64,000 bases of DNA, taken from assembly GCA_965603855.1 (NCBI GenBank), contig OZ272519.1:4379781-4443780 (forward strand). Direction: 5' to 3'. Positions 19,990-30,253 of the stretch are shown in pieces. This stretch comes from Alphaproteobacteria bacterium. Its GTDB lineage: Bacteria; Pseudomonadota; Alphaproteobacteria; UBA8366; G965603855. Positions within the stretch are counted from its first letter, which is position 1. Each line of letters opens with the position of its first letter. Made by a program: the position numbers and the translations under genes. Under the pieces are notes generated by a model. That model was given only the letters and a program-made list of their open reading frames with translations. It did no database searches and had not been told where the DNA came from.

Positions 19990-22137
19990 ATGACCAACGC
20001 GCTGACTGAGTACCTCACCGATGCCGCTCAACGTCAGGTCCTGTTCTGGGACGTGATGCGCGAGCGGGGCAATCAATACATCGAACACATGGCGGAAGAC
20101 GTGCCGCACGTGCTCGATTTCGACTACGAGCTGGTGATGGACGGGAAGGCGCTCAAGCGCCCGGTCAACTACGGCCTGGTGCGGATCCCGCCGCCCAAGG
20201 GCGTGGCGGTCGACCCGAAAAAGCGCCCCTTCGTCGTCATCGATCCCAGGGCCGGGCACGGCCCCGGCATCGGCGGCTTCAAGGCCGACAGCGAGATCGG
20301 CGTCGGCATGCGGGCCGGGCACGCCTGCTATTTCGTCGGCTTCACGCCGGATCCTGAGCCGGGTCAGACGATCGAAGACGTGATGCGCGCCGAGGTCGCC
20401 TTCCTGGAGAAGGTGATCGCGCTGCACCCCGACGCCGAGGGCAAACCGGCGGTGATCGGCAACTGCCAGGCCGGCTGGGCGGTCATGATGCTGGCCTCCT
20501 ATCGCCCCGACCTGTGCGGGCCGCTGATCCTGGCGGGCTCGCCGCTGTCCTACTGGGCCGGTGTCCGCGGTTCCAATCCGATGCGCTATTACGGTGGCCT
20601 CTATGGAGGAAGCTGGCTGGCTGCGCTGACCGGCGACCTTGGCCATGGTATCTTCGACGGCGCGTGGTTGGTTCAGAACTTCGAGGGACTTAACCCCGCG
20701 AACACGCTGTGGTCCAAGCAGTACAATCTCTATTCCAATGTCGACAAGGAACGCGATCGGTACCTCGGCTTCGAGAGGTGGTGGGGCGGTCACGTCACGC
20801 TGAATGCTGAGGAAATGCAGTTCATCGTCGACAAGCTGTTCGTCGGCAACAAGCTCTCGACGGCGGGCATCACCACCTCCGACAACGTGCGGCTCGATAT
20901 CCGCAAGATCCGCTCGCCGATCGTGGTGTTCTGCTCCAAGGGCGACAACATCACGCCGCCGCAGCAGGCGCTGGGCTGGATCCTGGACCTCTATGACAGC
21001 GTCGAGGACATCCAGGCCTCGGGCCAGACGATCGTCTATACGGTGCACGACAATATCGGCCATCTGGGCATCTTCGTTTCGGGCGGCGTTGCGAAGAAGG
21101 AGCATCAGGAATTCGCCTCCAACATCGACATGATCGACTGCCTGCCGCCGGGCCTCTACGAGGCGGTACTGCGGCCGAAGTCGGAGAAGGACGCCAATGC
21201 CGAGCTGGCCGCGAACGACTACATCTCGCGGTTCGAGCCCCGCACGCTCGATGCGATCCGGGCATTGGGCTGCAACGGCCTGGAGGACGAACGCCGGTTT
21301 GCGGCGGTGGAGCGCCTGTCGGACATCAATCTCGGCCTCTACCGCACCTTCGCACAGCCCGTCATCCGCGCGCTGAGCGGCGAGGCGCAGGCCTCGTTTG
21401 CGCGGGAAATGCATCCCATGCGGCTGGGCTATACGGTTCTTTCCGATCGCAATCCCTGGATGGCGACGGTCGCCCGGTCGGCCGAAACGGTGCGCAAGAA
21501 CCGCATGCCGGCGGCCGACAACAACCCCTTCCTGGCCTGGCAGAAGATGGTGGCCGATACCGTCGTGCGTTCGCTTGACGCCTATCGCGACTGGCGCGAC
21601 AGCATGATCGAGCACACGTTCCTCGGGATCTACGGGCAGCCGTGGCTCCAGGCCGCGCTGGGGCTCAACGCCCAGGAAGGGCCGCCGCGGCCCAAACCGG
21701 GCGAGGATCCCGACCATGTGGAGCTGATCGAGCGCAAGATCGCCGAGCTGACCGCCCGCATGGACCAGGGCGGGCCGACCGAGGCGGGCATCCGCGCCCT
21801 GCTCTATATCAAGATCGCCGCGGGCGGCGCCGCGGACGAACGCAGCTTCGCGCTGTTGGAGCGGGCGTGCAGGGAGCACGCGATCGGCCTGGAGGCGTTC
21901 AAGTCGATGGCGCGCGACCAGTACTTCATGCTGGTCCTCGACGAGGACCGCGCGATCGCGACCTTGCCCACGCTGTTCAAGGGGCACGAGGACGAAGCGA
22001 AAGACGTGCTCGACATCGTGCGTCGCGTGATTCTCGCGGGCGACGAACTGACGCCGGAATCGAAGAAGCGGTTGCAGACCATCGAACGGACGCTGACCAA
22101 GCTGGCCGGCTCGAAGGCTGCGATCGCCGCGGCGTGA
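19990..22137 (+). CDS. DUF3141 domain protein (PHA synthase/depolymerase-like alpha/beta hydrolase)
   Basis: DPRAGHGPGIGGFK, nucleophile GNCQAGW, HLGIFVS motifs. Confidence 0.92.
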   Translation: MTNALTEYLTDAAQRQVLFWDVMRERGNQYIEHMAEDVPHVLDFDYELVMDGKALKRPVNYGLVRIPPPKGVAVDPKKRPFVVIDPRAGHGPGIGGFKADSEIGVGMRAGHACYFVGFTPDPEPGQTIEDVMRAEVAFLEKVIALHPDAEGKPAVIGNCQAGWAVMMLASYRPDLCGPLILAGSPLSYWAGVRGSNPMRYYGGLYGGSWLAALTGDLGHGIFDGAWLVQNFEGLNPANTLWSKQYNLYSNVDKERDRYLGFERWWGGHVTLNAEEMQFIVDKLFVGNKLSTAGITTSDNVRLDIRKIRSPIVVFCSKGDNITPPQQALGWILDLYDSVEDIQASGQTIVYTVHDNIGHLGIFVSGGVAKKEHQEFASNIDMIDCLPPGLYEAVLRPKSEKDANAELAANDYISRFEPRTLDAIRALGCNGLEDERRFAAVERLSDINLGLYRTFAQPVIRALSGEAQASFAREMHPMRLGYTVLSDRNPWMATVARSAETVRKNRMPAADNNPFLAWQKMVADTVVRSLDAYRDWRDSMIEHTFLGIYGQPWLQAALGLNAQEGPPRPKPGEDPDHVELIERKIAELTARMDQGGPTEAGIRALLYIKIAAGGAADERSFALLERACREHAIGLEAFKSMARDQYFMLVLDEDRAIATLPTLFKGHEDEAKDVLDIVRRVILAGDELTPESKKRLQTIERTLTKLAGSKAAIAAA

Positions 22138-22185
22138 CGCCCGCAAAGGCGCGTGCCACGTGATGCGCGGCGCCCGAAGCAAAGG

Positions 22186-22217
22186 CCCCCGGAGACACCC
22201 GTCTCCGGGGGTTTTTT
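22186..22217 (+). terminator. Rho-independent terminator
   Basis: CCCCCGGAGAC-accc-GTCTCCGGGGG followed by T6. Confidence 0.9.
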
Positions 22218-22277
22218 CACGTCCGGTGTTCCCGCGCCGCGGCGGCTTTCCGGCAGCCGCGAAACGAGGAAACCGCA

Positions 22278-22430
22278 ATGCCTTCCGAGATCGTCGTTCG
22301 CAACGAGGTCGATGCCGACATCGATGCCATTGCCCAGGTGACGCAGGAGGCGTTTTTCGTATTGTCCTTCGATGGGCGGATGCCGCAGGGTACCGGCATG
22401 TTCCGTGAGAGTTTCAAAGCGGAAGCCTGA
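22278..22430 (+). pseudogene. Internally deleted GNAT (YhbS-like) N-acetyltransferase, 50 codons
   Basis: GAGGA RBS + ATG; MPSEIVVRNEVDADIDAIAQVTQEAF joined directly to FVLSFDGRMPQGTGMFRESFKAEA*, i.e. the typical first and last ~25 aa of the family. Confidence 0.7.
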
Positions 22431-22456
22431 ATGAGGCCTTCGACCATTCGGTCACT

Positions 22457-23845
22457 ATGGGTAACTGGGCGGGAACTGCAATGAGCACGGAATGCAAGCC
22501 GGTCGGTTTCAAGGTCCAGGCCGTGATTTTCGTCGCGTTTGCCACCCTGGCTCTCGCCGCCTGCAGCAGACCGCCGACCGACCGGATCAACATGATGCCG
22601 GTGCCGGAAGTCTTCGAGGAAGGCACCATCGACCCCTTCGTGACGGCGCCCAGCTTCGACCCGCCGGACCGCGCCGAGGTGTTCTACGCCACCGACCGCG
22701 AACCGAGCGTGGACGAGCAGGGGCGCCTCCGCTATCTCAACGAACGCGGCAATGTGCTGCGGCTCGGCGTGGCGCAGGTCGAACCGAACGATCCCAATCT
22801 CACTTGGCAGGACGCGCGCCGCATTTCGCTCTTGCGCAGCCTTGGCGGCGGCTTCCCGATCCGCTTTACCGGAGCCACCGAGTTCGGCGTGCTCGACCGA
22901 ACGGCGACGGAACTCGTCCCGCCGGAGGCCCTGCTTGAGACCGGGCCGCCGGCGAACGAAGTCTTTGCCGAAAAGATCAATGCCTGGCTCGCCAAATCCA
23001 AACGCAAGCACGTCTACATCTACGTTCACGGCTTCCAGGTGATCTTCGAGAACCCGACCCTGGTTGCGACCGAACTGTGGCACTTTCTCGGCTACCAAGG
23101 CGCTTTTGTCGCTTTCGCCTGGCCTTCGACACCGAGCCGTTTCGCCTATCTGCGGGACCTCGATACGGCGTTGGGCTATGCACGACACCTTCGCATCCTG
23201 ATCGAGTACCTTGCCGAGGAAACCGATGCCGAACAGATTCACCTGGTCGGCTACAGCATGGGCGCGCGCATCGTGGTGCGCGCGCTGGCGCAGCTGGCTC
23301 TCAAGCACCAGGGATTATCGACTGAAGAGATCAGGCGAAAGCTGCGTGTCGGGCATGCCGTCCTGGCCGCCAGCGATATGGATCGCGAGGTCGCCCGTAT
23401 GTATCTCGCCGACGGCCTTCTCGAGGTGCCCACGCACCTTACGGTTTATTTGTCCAGCCGCGACAGGGCGCTGGGGGTGGCGCGCTTTCTCACGCGGCGA
23501 AAACGCCTGGGCCAGATGTGGGCCGAGGGCGATCTGTCGCCGGAGGTCGCCGCGTATCTCCACCAGCGCGAGGCGGATCTCAGCGTCGTCTACGTGACCG
23601 ATGCCGAGGGCACCACGGAAGGGCACGGCCACGCCTATTTCCGCGACAGCCCCTGGGTCAGCAGCGACATCCTCATGGCCTTCGCCTACGGACTGCTGCC
23701 GGCAGAACGCGGACTTGAGCGCAATGCGGATGACTCGCCGCTGTGGGCCTTCCCGGAGGATTACGTCGAGCGCTTGCGCAACGTGCTGATCGAGGTCAAT
23801 CCCGACTACCGCGAGGCGCTCGAGCAGGCCAACAAGGGCTCCTGA
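22457..23845 (+). CDS. DUF900 family alpha/beta hydrolase lipoprotein
   Basis: Lipobox LAAC, VFYATDR, YVHGF, GYSMG nucleophile elbow, GHAYF. Confidence 0.88.
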   Translation: MGNWAGTAMSTECKPVGFKVQAVIFVAFATLALAACSRPPTDRINMMPVPEVFEEGTIDPFVTAPSFDPPDRAEVFYATDREPSVDEQGRLRYLNERGNVLRLGVAQVEPNDPNLTWQDARRISLLRSLGGGFPIRFTGATEFGVLDRTATELVPPEALLETGPPANEVFAEKINAWLAKSKRKHVYIYVHGFQVIFENPTLVATELWHFLGYQGAFVAFAWPSTPSRFAYLRDLDTALGYARHLRILIEYLAEETDAEQIHLVGYSMGARIVVRALAQLALKHQGLSTEEIRRKLRVGHAVLAASDMDREVARMYLADGLLEVPTHLTVYLSSRDRALGVARFLTRRKRLGQMWAEGDLSPEVAAYLHQREADLSVVYVTDAEGTTEGHGHAYFRDSPWVSSDILMAFAYGLLPAERGLERNADDSPLWAFPEDYVERLRNVLIEVNPDYREALEQANKGS

Positions 23846-23892
23846 TCATGCGCGCCGTTTTGGGAGTGGCGCGCAGCGTGACGTCAGGATCA

Positions 23893-25116
23893 CTAGCCGA
23901 CGTCGAGACCGGCCGGCGCGAAGATCTCGACGGTGTTCTCGATGTTGTGAAGGTCGAACCGGCCGAGTGTGCGCCAATCGCCCGGCAGGAGCTCGACGAA
24001 CGCGGATGACACGAGAACCGCTTCGCCAAGCTCCCGGCATTTGCCTTCGATGCGCGCCGCTTCGTTGGCGGCCCTTCCGATCACCGTGAAATCGAGCCGG
24101 CTGGGCGTGCCCACGTTTCCGTACATGACCGTGCCGACGTGGAGGCCAAACCCGAACTCTATGGGCTCTTCCCCTCGTTCGCGCCTGACCCGATTGATCT
24201 CCCGGCCCTTGCGCAAGGCATCCGCCGCGGCGTCCAGCGCAGCGCGGCACGCCTTCTCGTCTTCGCCGAACCGCTCGAACGGAAAGATGGCAAGCGACGC
24301 GTCGCCGATGAACTTCAGCACCTCGCCGCCGTATTCCGCGACGGTTCCGGCGGTCGTTTCGTAGTACTGATTGAGAACGCCGAGATACTGATGCAAGCCA
24401 TACTGCTCCGCCAGCTTGGACGACCGGCGCAGGTCGCAGAACAGGATCACCGCCTCGATCGTGCTGCCGTCGCCGCGCTGGACCTGGCCTGACAGGACCC
24501 GACGGCCCGAGTAGGAGCCGAGGTACGTGTCGAGGACGTCCGCAACGAGCTTGCGTTGGGCGAACTGCTTGAACAGCACACTCAGCGGCAGGCGCATCCG
24601 CCTCAACAGACCGAGGTCATCTTCGCTGAAGCCCGAAGGCGCGCTGGACGCCCAGGCGAAAACGACCCCCTCCTGATGCTCGACAGGTGCCGTTCGGTCC
24701 GGGAAGTTGGTCAACTGGGCGAAGTAGTCCGTGCCCCCCTGTTCTCTCAAGTCCCGCAGGATCGGGAATGCGTCCGACCCTGATCCGGCGACAAGCCGGT
24801 ACCGCCCCTCGTCCTCGCCGCTGTCGTAGATCGGTCGAATGGGGCTCGCGAGCCAGTCTTGGTGCTGCGACGTCCCGCGACCGAACGCCCCCGTCTCGAC
24901 GCCGCCGCCCGCAGACCAGTTGTAGGACCCGATCGCATGCAATGGGTGAAGAATGGGCAGCCCCACATGCATGCGCTGGAGTTTGACGCCGGCGTCGGCA
25001 AGGCGTTCGACCAGTTCCAGTTGGAACGTCGGAATGTCACGGTCGGCAAAGGACTGTTCGTAAAGCCAGTTCTGAAGCGCATCATATGCATGATCCGATC
25101 GATCGCCGGCGACCAT
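23893..25116 (-). CDS. Class III adenylate/guanylate cyclase
   Basis: ILFCDLRRS, KFIGDASL, GLHVGTVMYGNVG..RLDFTVIGRAANEAARIE. Confidence 0.93.
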   Translation of the reverse strand: MVAGDRSDHAYDALQNWLYEQSFADRDIPTFQLELVERLADAGVKLQRMHVGLPILHPLHAIGSYNWSAGGGVETGAFGRGTSQHQDWLASPIRPIYDSGEDEGRYRLVAGSGSDAFPILRDLREQGGTDYFAQLTNFPDRTAPVEHQEGVVFAWASSAPSGFSEDDLGLLRRMRLPLSVLFKQFAQRKLVADVLDTYLGSYSGRRVLSGQVQRGDGSTIEAVILFCDLRRSSKLAEQYGLHQYLGVLNQYYETTAGTVAEYGGEVLKFIGDASLAIFPFERFGEDEKACRAALDAAADALRKGREINRVRRERGEEPIEFGFGLHVGTVMYGNVGTPSRLDFTVIGRAANEAARIEGKCRELGEAVLVSSAFVELLPGDWRTLGRFDLHNIENTVEIFAPAGLDVG

Positions 25117-25381
25117 GGGCGGCCCTCACTTGTTTCGAACACAGCCGGTTTCGATGACACTGACGCCACATGGATATGTGCCGCTTGGCGTTTGTCAATG
25201 ACGCCGAAGGGACCGAGCGGACGGTCGCGCTTTGATGTGCCAGGAAATCGCATTGCCTTCTTGTCCGTTATCGCCCAGACTGCGCCCGGCTCTGGTTGAC
25301 AATCACGCAAATAACGTAGTCCGCGCCAACGTGCATGCCCACCTTTCGGGCCATTCACGCTTGAATCCAAGGGGAGTTCAG

Positions 25382-25660
25382 ATGACAGAGAGCAATGGGT
25401 CCGGCAACGCATACTGGAAGGAGAACATCCGACTTGTGATGTTCTGTCTGGCCATCTGGGCGTTTGTTTCCTTTGGATTGGGCATCCTCTTCAGGCCCAT
25501 GCTGATGGGCATCTCCATCGGTGGCGCGGATATCGGGTTCTGGTTCGCGCAGCAAGGCTCGATCTACGTCTTTCTGGCGCTGATCTTCTTCTACGCCACG
25601 CGCATGAATGCGATCGACCGCAAACATGGCGTCGAAGAAACCGAACAAGAAGACAAGTAA
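25382..25660 (+). CDS. DUF4212/DUF485 small membrane partner of ActP
   Basis: YWKENIRL, GFWFAQQGSI motifs; directly upstream of the SSS transporter. Confidence 0.9.
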   Translation: MTESNGSGNAYWKENIRLVMFCLAIWAFVSFGLGILFRPMLMGISIGGADIGFWFAQQGSIYVFLALIFFYATRMNAIDRKHGVEETEQEDK

Positions 25661-25669
25661 GCGGGGAGC

Positions 25670-27448
25670 GTGCCGGAAATGGACCAATTGACTCTTATCT
25701 ATCTCGTCGTCGGCGCGTCGTTCGCGCTGTATTTCGGTATCGCAATCTGGGCGCGTGCCGGTTCGACCAGCGAATTCTACGCAGCAGGGCGCGGCATCAA
25801 CCCGGTTGCCAACGGCATGGCAACGGCGGCGGACTGGATGTCGGCTGCGTCTTTCATTTCCATGGCCGGCCTCATTGCCTTCAGGGGCTATGACGCATCG
25901 GTGTTCCTGATGGGCTGGACCGGCGGCTACGTTTTGTTGGCGATGCTGCTGGCGCCTTATCTGCGCAAGTTCGGCAAGTTCACCGTGCCCGAATTCATCG
26001 GCGACCGGTTCTACAGCCAAGGCGCGCGGATCGTGGCGGTGATCTGTCTGATCGTGGCCTCGATCACCTATGTGATCGGGCAGATGAAGGGCGTGGGCGT
26101 CACCTTCTCGCGTTATCTGGAGGTGGATGCCACGACCGGTCTCTTGATCGGCACGGGCATCGTTTTCGTCTATGCGGTCCTGGGCGGCATGAAGGGCATC
26201 ACCTATACCCAGATCGCCCAATATTGCGTCCTGATCACCGCCTACACGATCCCAGCGGTCTTCATCTCCCTGCAGCTGACCGGGAACTTCCTGCCGCAGC
26301 TGGGCCTGGTGGCCGAGCATTCCGGGTCGGGCCAACCGCTTCTTGGAAAGCTCAATCAGGTGATCACGGACCTTGGCTTCCGAGAATACACGGCGGAGAC
26401 CACCAATATGCTCAATATGGTGCTCTACACGCTGTCCTTGATGATCGGGACGGCGGGTCTGCCGCACGTCATCATCCGGTTCTTTACGGTGCCGAAAGTC
26501 GCGGATGCACGGTGGTCGGCCGGTTGGGCCCTGGTGTTTATCGCCCTGCTGTATACCGTTGCGCCCGCGGTCGGCTCGATGGCCCGGCTCAATCTGGTGG
26601 AGACCATCTTCCCGAACGGCGCATCGGAACAAAGCCTCGCCTATGAACAAAGGCCGGAATGGTTCAAGAACTGGGAGACGACAGGCCTTCTGAAGTTCGA
26701 GGACAAGAACGGCGACGGGTTCATCCAGTACTATGACGACAAGAGCGAAGCGTTTGCCGCAACCGCCCAGGCGAACGGATGGAACGGCAGCGAACTCCAG
26801 GTCGACCGCGACATCATGGTTCTGGCCAATCCGGAGATTGCCGGCCTTCCCGACTGGGTGATCGCGGTCGTCGCGGCGGGTGGTTTGGCAGCGGCACTGT
26901 CGACTGCCGCCGGGTTGTTGATGGCAATTTCATCTGCGGTCAGCCACGACCTGCTCAAAGGGACATTCATGAAAGGAATCTCCGAGCGGCAGGAGTTGAT
27001 GTGGGCGCGAATATCGATGTCCGTCGCCATCGTGATCGCAGCGGTCCTAGGGTTAAATCCACCAGGCTTTGCGGCCCAGACAGTGGCCCTGGCGTTCGGG
27101 CTCGCAGCGTCATCGATCTTCCCGGCACTGATGATGGGGATCTTCTCAAAGCGGGTGAACAACACTGGCGCGACGGCCGGCATGGTGGCCGGATTGCTGT
27201 GCACGCTGGTCTACATCTTCACCTACAAGGGTTGGTTCTTCATCCCGGGCACCAACATGCTGGACAACACCACGGCGAACCATGTGCTCGGCATCGCGCC
27301 GGAGGCGTTCGGTGCGGTCGGTGCGGCGATCAACTTCATCGTGGCCTATGCAGTGTCATTCGCCACGGCGGAACCGCCGAAGCACGTTCAGGATCTCGTC
27401 GAGAGCATCCGGGTTCCCAGAGGTGCCGGCGCCGCCGTAGATCACTGA
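25670..27448 (+). CDS. actP: Sodium:solute symporter, ActP-like monocarboxylate permease
   Basis: NGMATAADWMSAASFISM, GTAGLPHVIIRFFTV motifs. Confidence 0.9.
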   Translation: MPEMDQLTLIYLVVGASFALYFGIAIWARAGSTSEFYAAGRGINPVANGMATAADWMSAASFISMAGLIAFRGYDASVFLMGWTGGYVLLAMLLAPYLRKFGKFTVPEFIGDRFYSQGARIVAVICLIVASITYVIGQMKGVGVTFSRYLEVDATTGLLIGTGIVFVYAVLGGMKGITYTQIAQYCVLITAYTIPAVFISLQLTGNFLPQLGLVAEHSGSGQPLLGKLNQVITDLGFREYTAETTNMLNMVLYTLSLMIGTAGLPHVIIRFFTVPKVADARWSAGWALVFIALLYTVAPAVGSMARLNLVETIFPNGASEQSLAYEQRPEWFKNWETTGLLKFEDKNGDGFIQYYDDKSEAFAATAQANGWNGSELQVDRDIMVLANPEIAGLPDWVIAVVAAGGLAAALSTAAGLLMAISSAVSHDLLKGTFMKGISERQELMWARISMSVAIVIAAVLGLNPPGFAAQTVALAFGLAASSIFPALMMGIFSKRVNNTGATAGMVAGLLCTLVYIFTYKGWFFIPGTNMLDNTTANHVLGIAPEAFGAVGAAINFIVAYAVSFATAEPPKHVQDLVESIRVPRGAGAAVDH

Positions 27449-27463
27449 TCGACCTGGAGATAT

Positions 27464-29299
27464 ATGGTCGCCGAATCAGACGTCTTTCTTGAGTTCGCGT
27501 CCCGGCGGCATCCGCTTGATCTGCTTCCACCGGACGTGCGCGTGGAGCTGGCGCAAGCCGTCGACCAGCTCCACGCCGCGGCGGACGAAGCGATTTACGA
27601 GATCGGCACGCCGCTCTCGGGGCTCTATTTCATCCTTTCAGGAGCCGTCAAAATCGTCGATCCGACGGGCGAGGTATTGAGCCACCTCACCGCGGGCGAT
27701 GTGTTTGGCGAACGCGGATTGCTCCGCGATATGCCGGCGCCAAATCGGGCCGTCGCCACACAGGACAGTTCCCTATACCTGCTGCCGAAGCAAAACTTCG
27801 ACCGTCTGCTGCGCGGATATCCGGAGTTTCGCGGGTATTTCAACCCCCACAGGCTCGCTCAGCCGCCGGCCGTCGATGACAAATCACTGTTCTCCACGCG
27901 GCTCGGCGACCTGATGTCGGTCAGCCCCGTCGTGGTGTCACCGGAAACATCGGCACGGGATGCTGCGAGACTTCTCAGCGACAACAGAATCTCGTGTCTG
28001 CCCGTCGTGCGGGACGATCGGCTGACCGGAATTGTCACGACCCGTGATTTTGCCAAGGGGATCGTTGCCAAAGGCGCAAGCACCGACACACCGGTCGGCG
28101 AAATCATGACGCCGGAACCCGTGACCCTTGCGTCCGATGCCCTCGCCTATGACGCCCTTCTGGCGCTGGTGGAAAATGGCATTGGACATCTGCCGGTGAC
28201 CGAAAACGGCCGCTTGAGAGGCGTGCTCACGATCACGGACCTGATCCGCTATCAGTCTCTTTCCAACATATTCCTGGTCATGGAGATTGCGGAAAAACGC
28301 TCCATCGAGGATCTCGCTGGCGTCATTTCCAACGTCCCGCAACTCCTGGCCCAGCTCAACGGCACCGGGTTCGATGCCGACAAGATCGGCCGGATCATCA
28401 CCAGCATCACCGATGCGCTGACCGTTCGGCTGATCGAACTCGCCGAAATCCAGTTCGGTGCGGCACCTGTTCCTTATCTTTGGCTTGCCTGCGGGTCGCA
28501 GGGGCGGCGCGAGCAAACGGGTGTGTCCGATCAGGACAACTGCCTGATCCTCTCCGACGACTTCGACGCAGACCAGCATGCGGACTATTTCGAGACGCTT
28601 GCCAAATTCGTGTCCGACGGGCTCGACGCCTGCGGCTACTACTACTGCCCTGGCGAAATGATGGCGACGACGCCGCGCTGGCGGCAACCGGTCAGCCGCT
28701 GGCGCGAATACTTCCGCGGATGGATCGCGCAGCCCGATCCGAAGGCTCAAATGCTTGCCAGTGTGATGTTCGATCTGCGGCCGATCGCCGGGGACGTCGC
28801 GTTGTTCGAAGGCCTGGTCGAGGAGACCCTGTCTCTCGCCAGCGCCAACACCATCTTTCGCGCGCACATGATCTCGAATTCGCTCAAGCACGTGCCGTCG
28901 CTCGGTCTTTTCAGCGGGTTTTCACTGATCCGAAAGGGCGAACACAAGGATACGCTGGACCTGAAGCTTGGCGGCGTGGTGCCGATCGTCGATCTGGCGC
29001 GCGTGTATGCGCTTCAAGGGGCCATCAGCGAAGTCAACACGCTTGACCGCCTTCGTCTGTCCATCGAAGCAAAGACGGTCAGCGAAAGCGGTGGTCGCGA
29101 CCTGATCGATGCCTATCGTCTGGTCGCCAATGTTCGTTTGGACCACCAGGCGCGACAGGTCCGGGCGGGCTTGAAGCCCGACAATTTCATGTCCCCGAAC
29201 ACGCTGTCCGAACTCGAACGCAGCCACCTGCGCGATGCTTTTGTCGTGATCAAGACGATGCAATCCGCCTTGGCCCAATCTCAGGCCACGCTCCGCTAA
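27464..29299 (+). CDS. cNMP-binding + 2xCBS + DUF294 nucleotidyltransferase-like protein
   Basis: FGERGLL cNMP domain, two CBS domains, GSQGRREQTGVSDQDN NTase motif, DLKLGG substrate-binding domain. Confidence 0.92.
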   Translation: MVAESDVFLEFASRRHPLDLLPPDVRVELAQAVDQLHAAADEAIYEIGTPLSGLYFILSGAVKIVDPTGEVLSHLTAGDVFGERGLLRDMPAPNRAVATQDSSLYLLPKQNFDRLLRGYPEFRGYFNPHRLAQPPAVDDKSLFSTRLGDLMSVSPVVVSPETSARDAARLLSDNRISCLPVVRDDRLTGIVTTRDFAKGIVAKGASTDTPVGEIMTPEPVTLASDALAYDALLALVENGIGHLPVTENGRLRGVLTITDLIRYQSLSNIFLVMEIAEKRSIEDLAGVISNVPQLLAQLNGTGFDADKIGRIITSITDALTVRLIELAEIQFGAAPVPYLWLACGSQGRREQTGVSDQDNCLILSDDFDADQHADYFETLAKFVSDGLDACGYYYCPGEMMATTPRWRQPVSRWREYFRGWIAQPDPKAQMLASVMFDLRPIAGDVALFEGLVEETLSLASANTIFRAHMISNSLKHVPSLGLFSGFSLIRKGEHKDTLDLKLGGVVPIVDLARVYALQGAISEVNTLDRLRLSIEAKTVSESGGRDLIDAYRLVANVRLDHQARQVRAGLKPDNFMSPNTLSELERSHLRDAFVVIKTMQSALAQSQATLR

Positions 29300-29311
29300 G
29301 GGGGAAATCGG

Positions 29312-29833
29312 ATCCTCTTCAATCTACTGGGAACCGTCATCATCGGAGTTGGGGCCGCCGGCACCGTTCTGATGGTGTTTCGCGTGATTGGACGCCGTGC
29401 GCCGCGTTGGCTTATCCCGACGGCGGCCGCACTCTCCATGTTCGGATTTCAGATATGGAATGGCTATACCTGGCACGAGCGAACGGCCGCCGCTCTGCCC
29501 GATGGCGTTCGTGTGGTGAAAACCTACGACCAGCGCAGTTTCTTCAGCCCCTGGACATTCATTGTGCCGCAGGTGAACCGGTTCGCTGCGGTCGATCTTG
29601 CGTCGGTTCAGCGAAATCGGCATGCGCCCGATTATGCGTTGGCGAGGATCTACCTCTTTGCCCGCTTTCAGCCGGCGGGATCGGGCATGCAGATCTTCGA
29701 TTGCGCGAATGTGCGCCGGGCCGATCTTGGCCCGACCGTCAAATTCGGGGACAATGGGCTGCCGGAGAACGCCGCGTGGACTGTCGTCGACGCGAACGAC
29801 CTCATCTTGAGAACGGTGTGCGACGCATCATAA
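29312..29833 (+). CDS. Hypothetical membrane-anchored protein (apparent ATC start; first in-frame ATG at 29372)
   Basis: Hydrophobic ILFNLLGTVIIGVGAAGTVLMVF leader, PRWLIP..MFGFQIWNGYTW; coupled position in the operon. Confidence 0.7.
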   Translation: MLFNLLGTVIIGVGAAGTVLMVFRVIGRRAPRWLIPTAAALSMFGFQIWNGYTWHERTAAALPDGVRVVKTYDQRSFFSPWTFIVPQVNRFAAVDLASVQRNRHAPDYALARIYLFARFQPAGSGMQIFDCANVRRADLGPTVKFGDNGLPENAAWTVVDANDLILRTVCDAS

Positions 29834-29866
29834 GCCGACAGGGACCCACTTCAGAAAAGAGCTTTC

Positions 29867-30253
29867 ATGCCGAAATCGGTACTCATCGTCGATGACGAGG
29901 CCAGCATCGTGTTGTCCCTTCGCCATCTGATGCAGCGGGAAGGGTATGACGTCCGCGTCGCGGGCGATGGCGAGACGGCGCTTGCGGAGGTCGCGGCCGC
30001 GCCGCCCGATCTCATTCTGCTGGACGTGATGATCCCCAAGCGCGACGGGTATGACGTTTGCCAGACCATCCGCGCCAATCCTGACTGGAACGACCTCAAG
30101 ATCGTCATGGTCACCGCAAAGGGGCGTGAGATCGAGGCCGAAAAAGGCCTGGCACTCGGAGCCGATGCCTACGTCACCAAGCCGTTCTCGACCCGGGACC
30201 TGGCGAAACAGGTCCGCGACCTTCTGGACGGCGCCGTGCCGGATGATGCTTGA
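29867..30253 (+). CDS. Single-domain response regulator (receiver only)
   Basis: VDDE, LLDVMIP phospho-Asp, VTAKG, YVTKPF. Confidence 0.95.
   Translation: MPKSVLIVDDEASIVLSLRHLMQREGYDVRVAGDGETALAEVAAAPPDLILLDVMIPKRDGYDVCQTIRANPDWNDLKIVMVTAKGREIEAEKGLALGADAYVTKPFSTRDLAKQVRDLLDGAVPDDA

Noticed and set aside
19930-22278. 782-aa minus-strand ORF, and similar long antisense or alternate-frame ORFs (8859-11183, 42336-44693, 45954-48137, 55910-58108)
   Set aside because: Shadow ORFs opposite well-supported genes. They are expected from high GC3, have no motifs and show Arg/Gly/Ala-biased composition.
25116-25381. CrbR binding site upstream of the actP operon
   Set aside because: I found no convincing GAC-N4-GTC inverted repeat of the type I recall, and there is no LuxR-type crbR in the window.
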